A stretch of 43,640 nt of DNA, taken from assembly GCA_017992215.1 (NCBI GenBank), contig JAGOOZ010000001.1, positions 1 to 43,640 of the forward strand, in the 5' to 3' direction. Positions 1-7,997 of this stretch are shown here, piece by piece. The translations under genes and the position numbers were made by a program. The first letter of the stretch is position 1, and each line of letters begins with the position of its first letter. Under the pieces are notes generated by a model. That model was not told the origin of the DNA. It searched no databases and saw nothing but the letters and a program-made list of their open reading frames with translations. Source of the stretch: Minisyncoccota bacterium. Lineage in GTDB: Bacteria; Patescibacteriota; Minisyncoccia; Phycocordibacterales; UBA9973.

Positions 1-1
1 A

Positions 2-78
2 GAGCGTTTCTCCGCACTTCTGCTTCAGCAGAAGCTCTGTGCTTCAAACAGAGGCGCTTCAGCGCGCGGGGAACGCTC
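2..78 (+). ncRNA. Unclassified GC-rich structured element: a long closing stem plus three abutting hairpins (four-way junction). It may be the 3' part of a larger RNA cut by the window edge
   Basis: Closing stem 2-15/66-78 has 11 contiguous pairs including 2 G-U when read on +; these become C-A mismatches on -. Hairpins: 17-34 (7 bp, UUCA loop), 35-53 (6 bp, GCUUCAA loop), 54-65 (4 bp, UUCA loop). GCTTCA recurs in all three loops. Visibly more G+C-rich than its surroundings. Followed by the terminator at 128-168. Confidence 0.35.
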
Positions 79-127
79 GTATTCATTTCTTTCGGAAAAA
101 TGTTCGAGTGTGGTAATATAAACGCAC

Positions 128-168
128 AAAAAAAAACCTGTGCAAGAATTTCTTGCACAGGTTTTTTA
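128..168. terminator. Bidirectional rho-independent terminator
   Basis: A-run 128-136, stem cctgtgcaag 137-146 / cttgcacagg 152-161, T-run 162-167. It abuts the stop of the minus ORF 166-492. Confidence 0.8.
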
Positions 169-492
169 ATAACGATCTGTATTATTTACATCAATTTTTG
201 ACAAAACTGGATTTTCTAAATATCCCAAACCTTCTACTGGTTTTCTAGTGATATTATTACCAAATTTTTCATCAAGAAAAGATGATATTTTTTTATAACG
301 AATCATTGATTCATTATCATTTGAAATGATAGCAAACCTAACACAGTTCTTTTTATCTGAAGCATTTTCAACTAAAAGATTTATGTTTTGTTCGATAGCA
401 AATTTCCTAAGAGTTCCTCTGAATTTTACTCCAATTAAGTTTATTGATTCTGAAGTAACTTCATGCAATTCCCATAAAAATAATATTTCCAT
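166..492 (-). CDS. Hypothetical small protein (weak acylphosphatase-like pattern GVKFRG...A...N..LVEN)
   Basis: 108-aa ORF with a terminator at its 3' end. Only a loose motif resemblance, so no firm family call. Confidence 0.45.
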   Translation of the reverse strand: MEILFLWELHEVTSESINLIGVKFRGTLRKFAIEQNINLLVENASDKKNCVRFAIISNDNESMIRYKKISSFLDEKFGNNITRKPVEGLGYLENPVLSKIDVNNTDRY

Positions 493-558
493 AACTATTT
501 ATGATTTATTTTAATAAATAACATTTAAAATGCTTAATGTCAAATTTAACAATCTTTT

Positions 559-1524
559 CTATTTCAACAACTTCGCCAATTCTTTCATGAACGCTTTCAC
601 AGACGCATCGTCATAGAGCGAAAGTGTGAGAATGGGATTACCCAGTTTTTCAAATTCTTTCTTTCGTTTCTCAATTATTTTTGGGTCCTCAACTACATCA
701 GTTTTTGTCAGCACAATAATCTCCTCTTTTTCAAGAAGTGATTTATCGTATGCGCCGAGTTCTTTGCGAATTTTCTTGTACACATCGAGAGGTTTTTCGT
801 TCTCGAGAGATACTAAGTGCATGAGTGTTTTGGTACGTTTAATATGACGAAGGAATTTGATACCAAGACCCTTGCCTTCTGATGCACCTTCAATAAGTCC
901 CGGGATATCCGCAATGATGTGCCCATAGAAATCACCGAGGTTTGGGTCAAGTGTCGTGAACTGATAACTTCCGATTTTTGCCTGTGCATTTGTGACAGCA
1001 TTCAAAAGTGATGACTTCCCTGCATTTGGTAATCCAATCAATCCAATTTCCGCAAAAAGTTGTAATTCGATTTTAAAATGACCATCTTCACCAAGTTTAC
1101 CCTTTGTTGCTTTTGTCGGAGTTGTATTGATAGATGTTTTAAATTGCTCATTACCGAAACCACCAAAACCACCCTTCAAGAGGAGTTCTTTTTGTCCTAC
1201 AGTATCGAGCGATACTGATGCACCACTTTCAGCATTCGTAATCACAGAACCAACTGGCAATTCGATAATCAAATCCTTACCATCTTTGCCGTGACGACTA
1301 CCACCAGCACCATCATCTCCACGATCTGCCTTAAATGACTTCTTGTGTTTGTATTTTGAGAGAAGATGAATATCTTGGACAGCAATAGCAAATACACTTC
1401 CACCTCGTCCGCCATCACCACCATTTGGACCACCCTTGTCGATGAATTTTTCTCGACGCCAACGAACAACACCGTCTCCACCACGGCCTGCCTGCGCAAA
1501 AAATTGTATTTCGTCGATAAACAT
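559..1524 (-). CDS. obg: GTPase Obg/CgtA
   Basis: N-terminal Obg fold with glycine-rich repeats (AGRGGDG, GGPNGGDGGRGG). G1 GLPNAGKSS, G3 DIPG, G4 TKTD. Confidence 0.95.
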   Translation of the reverse strand: MFIDEIQFFAQAGRGGDGVVRWRREKFIDKGGPNGGDGGRGGSVFAIAVQDIHLLSKYKHKKSFKADRGDDGAGGSRHGKDGKDLIIELPVGSVITNAESGASVSLDTVGQKELLLKGGFGGFGNEQFKTSINTTPTKATKGKLGEDGHFKIELQLFAEIGLIGLPNAGKSSLLNAVTNAQAKIGSYQFTTLDPNLGDFYGHIIADIPGLIEGASEGKGLGIKFLRHIKRTKTLMHLVSLENEKPLDVYKKIRKELGAYDKSLLEKEEIIVLTKTDVVEDPKIIEKRKKEFEKLGNPILTLSLYDDASVKAFMKELAKLLK

Positions 1525-1595
1525 AGTATTACAGTAACGTTTTTATAAAAAGACGTTAGAGATAGAACCTTTATACCCTATTTTGTCAATATAAC

Positions 1596-2483
1596 CTAAT
1601 CACCAAGTGTCATTTTGACTAACGCTAAAACATCTTCTTTTGTTTTAGCAGTAACCATAAAACGCCCTAGATGACAAAATACAGAACCCTGGATGCCTGT
1701 TACGTCCGCTAATTCTTGGTGGTATTTCCCCGCCCATGTTTCAGGAAAATATATCTTACACTCCATTGATCCCTTTTTAACACGCACACCTTCTGCCTTC
1801 CATTGACCATCATTCATCCGAGGGGCAATTACGAATAACGCCTCAGGAAATGTGAGCGCGACTTCTTCCCACGGATATCGATCATCAAGAATAAGTACAC
1901 GTTTATCCTCTGCTTTATTGTATGCATCAATAACAGCACGTTCACCTTCTACCCTGTCACGTGCTTGAATAATCGCACGAGCAAGTATTTTCTCAGCAAT
2001 AGCAACTGCTTCAAAAAATCCTTCATCAACATAGTTTGAATCTTCTTTCCATGTTGGTCGAAATGTATACAATCCAGCTGAAAATAAATACGGAACAATA
2101 TCACGTGTAAGAGTAAACAAATCAACACCGTTATCTGGTGCATCGATTGCTTGTACGAGATACGCATCGAGAGCGTCGGCTACTTCAAGTGAGCCACAAA
2201 TATCAGGTCCGTACTTTTTCCACACAAGACCAAAAGAGGCATACGGTATGCTATTGGGACGATTGCCGGCACGTTCTGGTTGATGATGATCAAAACGGTC
2301 TTTCTCGGGGTCGTAGATTCCTCCAACGTCATAGACAACATCTGCTTTCTCAATAGTACTCGCATCACGACTACGAATAATAGTCACGTTATTACCAAAA
2401 CGAAGTTTTAATATTGCTGTTGCAAATACATCATCAGCATGAAATGTACTATTGTGAGTGACGAGTATCTTTTTTGCCTCCAT
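1596..2483 (-). CDS. MYG1/UPF0160-family metal-dependent hydrolase
   Basis: Start chosen at MEAKKILVTHNSTFHADDVFATAIL, the family N-terminal signature (THxGxFHxDxxxA). The 21 upstream codons of the ORF track overlap the neighbouring gene. Confidence 0.8.
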   Translation of the reverse strand: MEAKKILVTHNSTFHADDVFATAILKLRFGNNVTIIRSRDASTIEKADVVYDVGGIYDPEKDRFDHHQPERAGNRPNSIPYASFGLVWKKYGPDICGSLEVADALDAYLVQAIDAPDNGVDLFTLTRDIVPYLFSAGLYTFRPTWKEDSNYVDEGFFEAVAIAEKILARAIIQARDRVEGERAVIDAYNKAEDKRVLILDDRYPWEEVALTFPEALFVIAPRMNDGQWKAEGVRVKKGSMECKIYFPETWAGKYHQELADVTGIQGSVFCHLGRFMVTAKTKEDVLALVKMTLGD

Positions 2484-2487
2484 AGAA

Positions 2488-2832
2488 TTAAATACGCAAC
2501 AATTTTGTGATAAGCCAGTTAAGCACAGAGACAACAAGTGCACCAATAAATGCCGCAGTAAATGTTGTCACTGAGAATCCATTGATAACCCCAGAACCGA
2601 GATACCAAAAGATTGCACCATTGATAAAGAGAGAGAAGAATCCGAGTGTGAGCACATTGAGTGGAAGCGTGAGGAGATTGATGATTGGTCGGAGGAACAT
2701 ATTGATAAGCGTAAGACATGCACCAACAATAAGCACCATCCACACAGGGTCAATACGAATACCATCTTTAATAACAAATGTTGTCGCCCAAATTGCAATA
2801 GATAATGCAAGCCAATGTAAAAGTATTCTCAT
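2488..2832 (-). CDS. Small integral membrane protein, DUF360 / phage-holin-4-like family (YvlD-like)
   Basis: 114 aa, 3-4 TM helices, pattern LINMFLRPIINLLTLPLNVLTLGFFSLFINGAIFW typical of PF04020-type proteins. Confidence 0.65.
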   Translation of the reverse strand: MRILLHWLALSIAIWATTFVIKDGIRIDPVWMVLIVGACLTLINMFLRPIINLLTLPLNVLTLGFFSLFINGAIFWYLGSGVINGFSVTTFTAAFIGALVVSVLNWLITKLLRI

Positions 2833-2948
2833 CCCGTTAGAAGCAGGTCGCGGTCGTTATAAACGAAGCGCTTTCTGCATAATTAAAAATAAATTTTATT
2901 ATAAAATTCCCGTTTCTTTGAAACCGTGACCGCGGCTTTGAGCGGGGA

Positions 2949-3401
2949 TTAAAACAAACTATCAACGACTTCTTTGACTACAGTCCCATCTGCTTTACCC
3001 TTCAAATCTTTCATAAGCGCGGACATGAGCATTCCCTTTTTTGTTGCATCAGTAATACCGAGTTCAGTTTGTTTTGCACGAGCGATTGTTTCGACTTCGC
3101 TTTTTTCCATCAGTGTTGGAAGATATGCTTCAAGAATGGCGAGTTGAGGCTTCTCTTCTTCGACGAGATCCATGCGTCCACCTTTGGTAAACTGTTCGAT
3201 AGAATCTTTGCGCTGTTTTGCGCTTCGAGTAATAACCGCGAGTGCTTGCTCATCGGAAAGCATATCTTGAGGTGTTTTACCTGAGGCAACTAATTCATTT
3301 GTAAATGCAGTAACAAGCCCACGCATAACTTCAAGTCGAACGGAATCTTTCGCCATCATAGCCTTCTTTATTTCTCCTTTTATTTCTTCGTGTAATGACA
3401 T
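2949..3401 (-). CDS. GatB/YqeY domain protein
   Basis: 150 aa. N-terminal IKxxIKxAMkakDxxrLxxxR pattern and the C-terminal GKADG...V motif of the YqeY family. Confidence 0.85.
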   Translation of the reverse strand: MSLHEEIKGEIKKAMMAKDSVRLEVMRGLVTAFTNELVASGKTPQDMLSDEQALAVITRSAKQRKDSIEQFTKGGRMDLVEEEKPQLAILEAYLPTLMEKSEVETIARAKQTELGITDATKKGMLMSALMKDLKGKADGTVVKEVVDSLF

Positions 3402-3408
3402 GGGTCTA

Positions 3409-4005
3409 TTATACCATGTGAACTTTAATTACTCCCATATTATCTTGACCTGATAGATATCCAGTCCATTTTTCGAGAATCGGCACTTCTATGGGTAACG
3501 ATATTTCTGGTTTTGTAAAAACAACGATGCTTTTAAATGATTTCTTGAGTATTTGCTCTTTTGCAATACAAATATCAATATTACCAGACAAGACAACGTT
3601 CTTTAAATCAAGACAATTATTAAAAATATCCTGGCTGAATGCTTCTATATTTTTTACAAGGACTACTCTCTCATTTAAATCTTGCAAAATACTAATTGCT
3701 TCAATAAATAAATTTTCATTTCCACTTTCAAGAATAAGTACCTGATTATCTTTATAATTCTTTATATCTTCGACTGAATTAATGAACACAACTTTGGAGT
3801 GGTCTGATCCAATTTGTTCTAAAAAATTATCTTTCGCCATTGGAAAAGCAGTAAAAAATAATATTTTAGAACCAGACAAAAAAAGATCGACAACGAGTGT
3901 AATAGTAAAATGAGAGCCGCCGGATTTTTCTCCGTAGATAATCAAAAACGGCAAATCTTTTTCTTTTACTTGATATAATTCATTATTTAATATGATTTTA
4001 TTCAT
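3409..4005 (-). CDS. Hypothetical protein (degenerate P-loop-like GEKSGGSH near the N-terminus)
   Basis: 198-aa ORF tightly packed behind yqeY. No confident family. Confidence 0.55.
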   Translation of the reverse strand: MNKIILNNELYQVKEKDLPFLIIYGEKSGGSHFTITLVVDLFLSGSKILFFTAFPMAKDNFLEQIGSDHSKVVFINSVEDIKNYKDNQVLILESGNENLFIEAISILQDLNERVVLVKNIEAFSQDIFNNCLDLKNVVLSGNIDICIAKEQILKKSFKSIVVFTKPEISLPIEVPILEKWTGYLSGQDNMGVIKVHMV

Positions 4006-4047
4006 GATTTTATGGCTTTATTATACTAAATATATTAAAATATCACC

Positions 4048-4776
4048 ATGTCAAATAATATTATTTTCCTCGATACCGAAACAACAGGCAATGAGCCAGT
4101 AAAAGATTTTGTGTGTCAGCTTGCATTTAAAACCTCTGACGAAACGTTCTGTGAACTCTTCAAACCACCAATTCCTATCCCACCTGAAGCAAGTGCTGTG
4201 ACACATATCACCAACAAAATGGTCGCGGACAAAAAGGCATTCAGTGAGAGCGATAACTACGGTACTATCAAGCTCATGCTCGAAGCCTCTAATGCAGTCA
4301 TGGTCGCCCATAATGCAAAGTTTGACTTGGCGATAATTTCCAAAGAAGGAATTGTTCCGACAAATTTTATCTGTACTCTTCGTGTTGCTCGCGCACTCGA
4401 TAAAGATAATGTAATTCCACAATACAAACTCCAATACCTTCGTTATTACCTCGATATTGATATCGAAGCCGACGCACATGACGCACTCGGTGATGTACTC
4501 GTGCTTGAGAAACTATTTGAGCGACTCCTTGCAAAGACAATGAAGGAATACAGTCTTGATGAAGATGGTGCGATAGAAAAAATGATAGAAATATCTTCAA
4601 AGCCATCACTTATGAATCTCTTTTCGTTTGGAAAACACAATGGCAAAACTGTGGCTGAGGTGAAAAATATCGACCCAGGATATCTCGACTGGATGCTCAC
4701 TCAAAAAGAGCAAAACCCCGACAACGAAGAAGATTGGATTTATACGCTCAGGTATTATTTAGGAAGATTGCAATAA
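4048..4776 (+). CDS. DEDDh 3'-5' exonuclease (DnaQ/ExoX-like) with a C-terminal ExoX-type tail
   Basis: ExoI FLDTETTG, ExoII AHNAKFDL, ExoIII HDALGD. C-terminal FGKHNGKTVAEV...GYLDWM module. Confidence 0.85.
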   Translation: MSNNIIFLDTETTGNEPVKDFVCQLAFKTSDETFCELFKPPIPIPPEASAVTHITNKMVADKKAFSESDNYGTIKLMLEASNAVMVAHNAKFDLAIISKEGIVPTNFICTLRVARALDKDNVIPQYKLQYLRYYLDIDIEADAHDALGDVLVLEKLFERLLAKTMKEYSLDEDGAIEKMIEISSKPSLMNLFSFGKHNGKTVAEVKNIDPGYLDWMLTQKEQNPDNEEDWIYTLRYYLGRLQ

Positions 4777-4809
4777 TAAAATCCTGCTTAAATTTTTAAG
4801 CAGGATTTT
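4777..4809 (+). terminator. Rho-independent terminator of the exonuclease gene
   Basis: aaaatcctgcttaaa / tttaagcaggatttt perfect stem followed by a T-run. Confidence 0.85.
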
Positions 4810-4910
4810 CCGCGCCTCACGTTGGAATTGTTTACTTGGCATTGGTGCACAATACACTACATTAAGAGGACCAATTGCCATTCAAAATAACAAAAAATTA
4901 AAAAGATGTC

Positions 4911-4947
4911 AAATAAAAAAATAAGGCCATTTTCTCAAATGACCTTA
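4911..4947 (-). terminator. Rho-independent terminator closing the minus-strand RAMP-helicase-RNA locus
   Basis: Minus-strand reading: UAAGGUCAU-loop-AUGGCCUUA. It is fully paired only on the minus strand (one G-U; C-A on plus). Followed by a U7-rich tract (plus A-run 4911-4921). Confidence 0.7.
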
Positions 4948-5004
4948 TCATTAGCGTAACATACGCGTACTTGACCTAGGCTAACCACTCGGTACTGTAC
5001 GATA

Positions 5005-5203
5005 ATATTTTATATTTTTAAAAAGAACGAATTTTAATTTGTCCGGCTCATTATATGAGCCGGACCCTTACACTAGAAAACAGTAGTTCAGACTGCGGTG
5101 GGACACCATACTAAAACCAACCTGACGATAACTTCTACCAAAACACAAACGAATTTATGATTTGGATAAAAGTGCCGACCCAATAAAACGGGTCGGCAAC
5201 TCC
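5005..5203 (-). ncRNA. Structured RNA module, copy 0 (downstream of the helicase)
   Basis: Contains box B (cttctacca..caaacgaattta..gataaaag, 5132-5172), variable hairpin H1 (5173-5198), box A (aaaaagaacgaattttaattt, 5020-5040) and 10-bp hairpin H3 (5041-5065). Same order and spacing as the copies at 7.1-8.0 kb. Confidence 0.55.
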
Positions 5204-5255
5204 GCACATTACAGCAACGGAGAATGATTCACCGAAGCAAACACAGCATTATTTT

Positions 5256-7076
5256 TTATTTTAATAACCTTAACGCATCACTCACACACTCATCAAATTT
5301 CTTTGAAGATTGATATGCTGGTTGCAACCACGCAGGTAATGCACGAAGTGCAATCCTTTGATATTGCTGTGAAATCAAAAATGTCACACCATAATCATCA
5401 ACACTTCGTACATTGCGACCAGAACCATTCAATATCTTTACCATCTCTCTTCCATCCCAGATACCCCATTTCCCCCCAATACCGAAGCGCCTTTCTTCAA
5501 AAAGAGCTTTTGGGTCATTAGGTGGAGAGTATGATGGGCGAAGCATAAAGATAACAGGTGCAATTCCATTCGGCAAATCAATTCCTGCTCCATATTGAGC
5601 CATGGTACCAAGCAATGCATCACCTTGTCCTTTTTTAAAAAGGGCTACAGCTTGCTTTGGCAAAATACCGTCACAATATGTAGTTATTGGTAAATCAAGA
5701 GATGCCGCAATTGCTTTAAACTTCTCTCTTTCACTTTCAGATACAACAAGCACCAAGCTACGAATACCCTTTTTAGCGAATAGTTTACAAGTCTCAGCAA
5801 TTCTCTTCAGAACTTTTCCCTTCGTTCCCTTGTTCAGATAATTCATAGAAAGGTTTGGCATATCAATTGGTCTGTAGATTCTCCGTTTTTCAGCAGAGAA
5901 ACCAGATTTGAATGAATAAAAAGGTAAAGAACCTTTCTCTCTCCATCCTGTCTCGATACGAAAAACATTTGCATTTTCTTCAAACATTGCTGACACAGGC
6001 CAAACAAGTTTTGGGAAAATTTTCTGAACAATTGGCACCACATAATAACAACAAATGTTTAATGAATAATTTGCATTACCACTAACATTGTCTATGTGTG
6101 AGTACACATAATTCAAAGGCCTCCTTTGCTCAGTCTCGAGTGAAAATTCAAATGATTTAATATATCGATATAAATCGCGAGTAATCATTTCAAGTTTCTT
6201 TATCACTTCAATACTGTCAGCATCGGTTGGATGTTTCTTTTTCAAAACTGCGGCAACTTGTTTTTCAATGGAACTTGGTTTAATTGTTGAAAGAATTTTC
6301 ACCAACTCTGCAAGTTCTTTGTCTTCAAGAAGATTCGTTTTATTCTTGCGACTTTTTACAATCTTTATCATTGTATTTAAAAAATCGCGAAAAATATAAG
6401 ATTCTTTTATGCCATGTTCCTTTAAAAATGCTTCAATTTGCAACAAATGCCAATCTGTCACTTCATAAGAAAGTGATCTGCGTATAATGTCTGGCATCTC
6501 GTGAGCTTCATCGATAACAACTGCTTTTACATCATCCCATTCACGAGCAAATAATTTCGTAAATAAATAGAATGATATAGTACAAACAATTAAGTTACCT
6601 TGTTTGGCTTGATACTTGACATCTAGATACGGACAACGTTTTACATCTTTCTCGTTTGTATCACCAGTAGTTTGATCTACACGATGAGCACAATCTTTAA
6701 GAAGAGAACATGGCACCTGATCAGCTTTATACTTTTCAGTATAATAAAGACAATCGTACTCATTCCTGCCGTAAACAGCATGGAATTGTGGATACATCTT
6801 TTTAACTTGATCTACTTGAGCCTTATTCGGAACCAAGAGAAAATAATCACCCTTACCTTTGTGTGCGTCACGTGCGGCAAGAAGCATTGTGTACTCAGCC
6901 GCTGTTTTACCAGTGCCAGTCGGAGCGCCTAAAATAGCGCCAGATTGAATGTTGTCAAGCATAGTTAGCATTGCATGCTGACCATCTCTAATCTCCGAAT
7001 GAATACCATACGGAAAGTGCGACAGGAATTCCATGCGAGGAATCACATCTGTCTGATGTTCATGATGTTTCATCAT
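5256..7076 (-). CDS. Fe-S cluster DinG/XPD/Rad3-family ATP-dependent DNA helicase
   Basis: Walker A GAPTGTGKT and DEAH box VIDEAH. Four Cys between them (YDC, VPC, KDC, KRC) as in the 4Fe-4S domain. C-terminal helicase motifs GAGIDLPNG and RPSYSPPNDP. Confidence 0.85.
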   Translation of the reverse strand: MMKHHEHQTDVIPRMEFLSHFPYGIHSEIRDGQHAMLTMLDNIQSGAILGAPTGTGKTAAEYTMLLAARDAHKGKGDYFLLVPNKAQVDQVKKMYPQFHAVYGRNEYDCLYYTEKYKADQVPCSLLKDCAHRVDQTTGDTNEKDVKRCPYLDVKYQAKQGNLIVCTISFYLFTKLFAREWDDVKAVVIDEAHEMPDIIRRSLSYEVTDWHLLQIEAFLKEHGIKESYIFRDFLNTMIKIVKSRKNKTNLLEDKELAELVKILSTIKPSSIEKQVAAVLKKKHPTDADSIEVIKKLEMITRDLYRYIKSFEFSLETEQRRPLNYVYSHIDNVSGNANYSLNICCYYVVPIVQKIFPKLVWPVSAMFEENANVFRIETGWREKGSLPFYSFKSGFSAEKRRIYRPIDMPNLSMNYLNKGTKGKVLKRIAETCKLFAKKGIRSLVLVVSESEREKFKAIAASLDLPITTYCDGILPKQAVALFKKGQGDALLGTMAQYGAGIDLPNGIAPVIFMLRPSYSPPNDPKALFEERRFGIGGKWGIWDGREMVKILNGSGRNVRSVDDYGVTFLISQQYQRIALRALPAWLQPAYQSSKKFDECVSDALRLLK

Positions 7077-7095
7077 TTTTTCGTTATTAAAATTT

Positions 7096-7185
7096 GTGAA
7101 AGAACTAAAAATTTACTTCTACAGAACTTCAATTAAAAATTAAAATCCTGATAAAAGCAGGGATCTATTACAGATCCCCAGCTCC
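7096..7185 (-). ncRNA. Structured RNA module, copy I (truncated/degenerate, forms the helicase 5' leader)
   Basis: Box B at 7116-7185 has a diverged P2. P2 still folds as 13 bp on the minus strand with 3 G-U pairs. H1 is GGGGAUCU/AGAUCCCU. A degenerate box A (aaagaactaaaaattta) follows directly, without H3. Confidence 0.45.
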
Positions 7186-7250
7186 GGAGACTACTCTAGG
7201 GAAGCAAGCGTTACCCAGCAAGAGGATAGCGTACAGAAATAAGTAAGATT

Positions 7251-7432
7251 TATATTTTAAAAAGAACGAATTTTAGTTCGTCCTCCAGCCGAAACCGGAG
7301 GACCCGAAGAAGGGACTAGAAAAGTGAAGATTACGCAAGCACACAGCACCTCACAACACCTTAACTTCTACCAGATCACAAACGAGTTTATGATCTGGAT
7401 AAAAGCAGGGATATATCTCAATCCCCAGCTCC
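7251..7432 (-). ncRNA. Structured RNA module, copy II
   Basis: Box B 7365-7432, with P2 CCAGAUCA/UGAUCUGG compensatory relative to the other copies. Box A 7251-7280. H3 is 10 bp with a UUCG loop only when read on the minus strand. Confidence 0.55.
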
Positions 7433-7488
7433 TTACCGCTCAAGAGAGGACCGTAGTGGAGAATACGACACCACACAGCGCAACAATT

Positions 7489-7698
7489 AATATTTTATAC
7501 TTTAAAAAGAACGAATTTTAGTTTATTCAGCTCATCAGTTAGATGAGCTGAATCCAAAGATCACCCAAGATCACTTTAGTTGAGCGTGCACAACCCTGGC
7601 CGAGATCGCCACAAGTAAACGTAATCACTTCTACCAAACCACAAACGAATTTATGATTTGGATAAAAGTGCCGACCCGTTAAATAGGTCGGCAACTCC
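7489..7698 (-). ncRNA. Structured RNA module, copy III
   Basis: Box B 7628-7698, with P2 CCAAAUCA/UGGUUUGG (G-U on minus). Box A 7489-7524. H3 is 12 bp (attcagctcatc / gatgagctgaat). Confidence 0.55.
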
Positions 7699-7760
7699 GG
7701 ACACCAGATTAGAGGAGATAACAAAAGATGACGATACTGAATATAACGCTACCAAACACT

Positions 7761-7972
7761 AATATTTTTTAATTATTATAAACCACAAAGAACGAATTTT
7801 AATTTGTCAGGCTCGTATACGAGCCTGACCCAAAGAGAACACTACTTATCTCTAGCTTACTTCACAATGGGGCACCCTGCGCAAGAACGCCCTAGAGGAT
7901 TCCTACAGCACCTCAAATAAAAACTTGAGAGGCTGATAAGAATGCTCACCCGTACAAACAGGTGAGCAACTT
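7761..7972 (-). ncRNA. Structured RNA module, copy IV (box B diverged in sequence, structure retained)
   Basis: Box A 7761-7806 plus H3 gtcaggctcg/cgagcctgac. The diverged box B at 7901-7972 keeps P2 (13 positions, 1 mismatch on minus versus 3 on plus) and H1 tgctcacc/ggtgagca. Confidence 0.5.
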
Positions 7973-7997
7973 AAAACATCAATTAAAAGAACTTTGA

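Noticed and set aside
2-78. tRNA or tRNA-like gene. On the minus strand the central loop UUGAAGC looks like a Phe GAA anticodon loop
   Set aside because: The side arms are simple tetraloop hairpins without D-loop or T-loop (GTTCRANYC) signatures. The closing stem is 11-13 bp rather than 7. The closing stem also pairs better on the plus strand.
2831-2950. Imperfect GC-rich inverted segments (atcccg..ggtcgcggtcg / gaccgcggc..cggggat) flanking an AT-rich 70 bp between yqeY and the DUF360 gene
   Set aside because: The pairing is short and imperfect. The region also contains an ordinary TATAAT promoter for the downstream gene. I could not support a specific RNA or mobile-element interpretation.
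7324-7724. ORF-track ORFs 7324-7521 (+, 65 aa) and 7539-7724 (-, 61 aa) inside the repeat region
   Set aside because: They run across repeated RNA boxes and hairpins. The equivalent positions in the other module copies are interrupted by stops or frame changes. There are no start-site signals. They are treated as chance ORFs.
7077-7997. Possible CRISPR array between the RAMP-like gene and the helicase
   Set aside because: The repeat period is about 245-280 bp (or ~120 bp for half units), not 55-75 bp. The conserved boxes are not identical short direct repeats. The intervening segments are diverged homologs of each other (shared actagaaaa, ggagaat, caagagg islands) rather than unique spacers.
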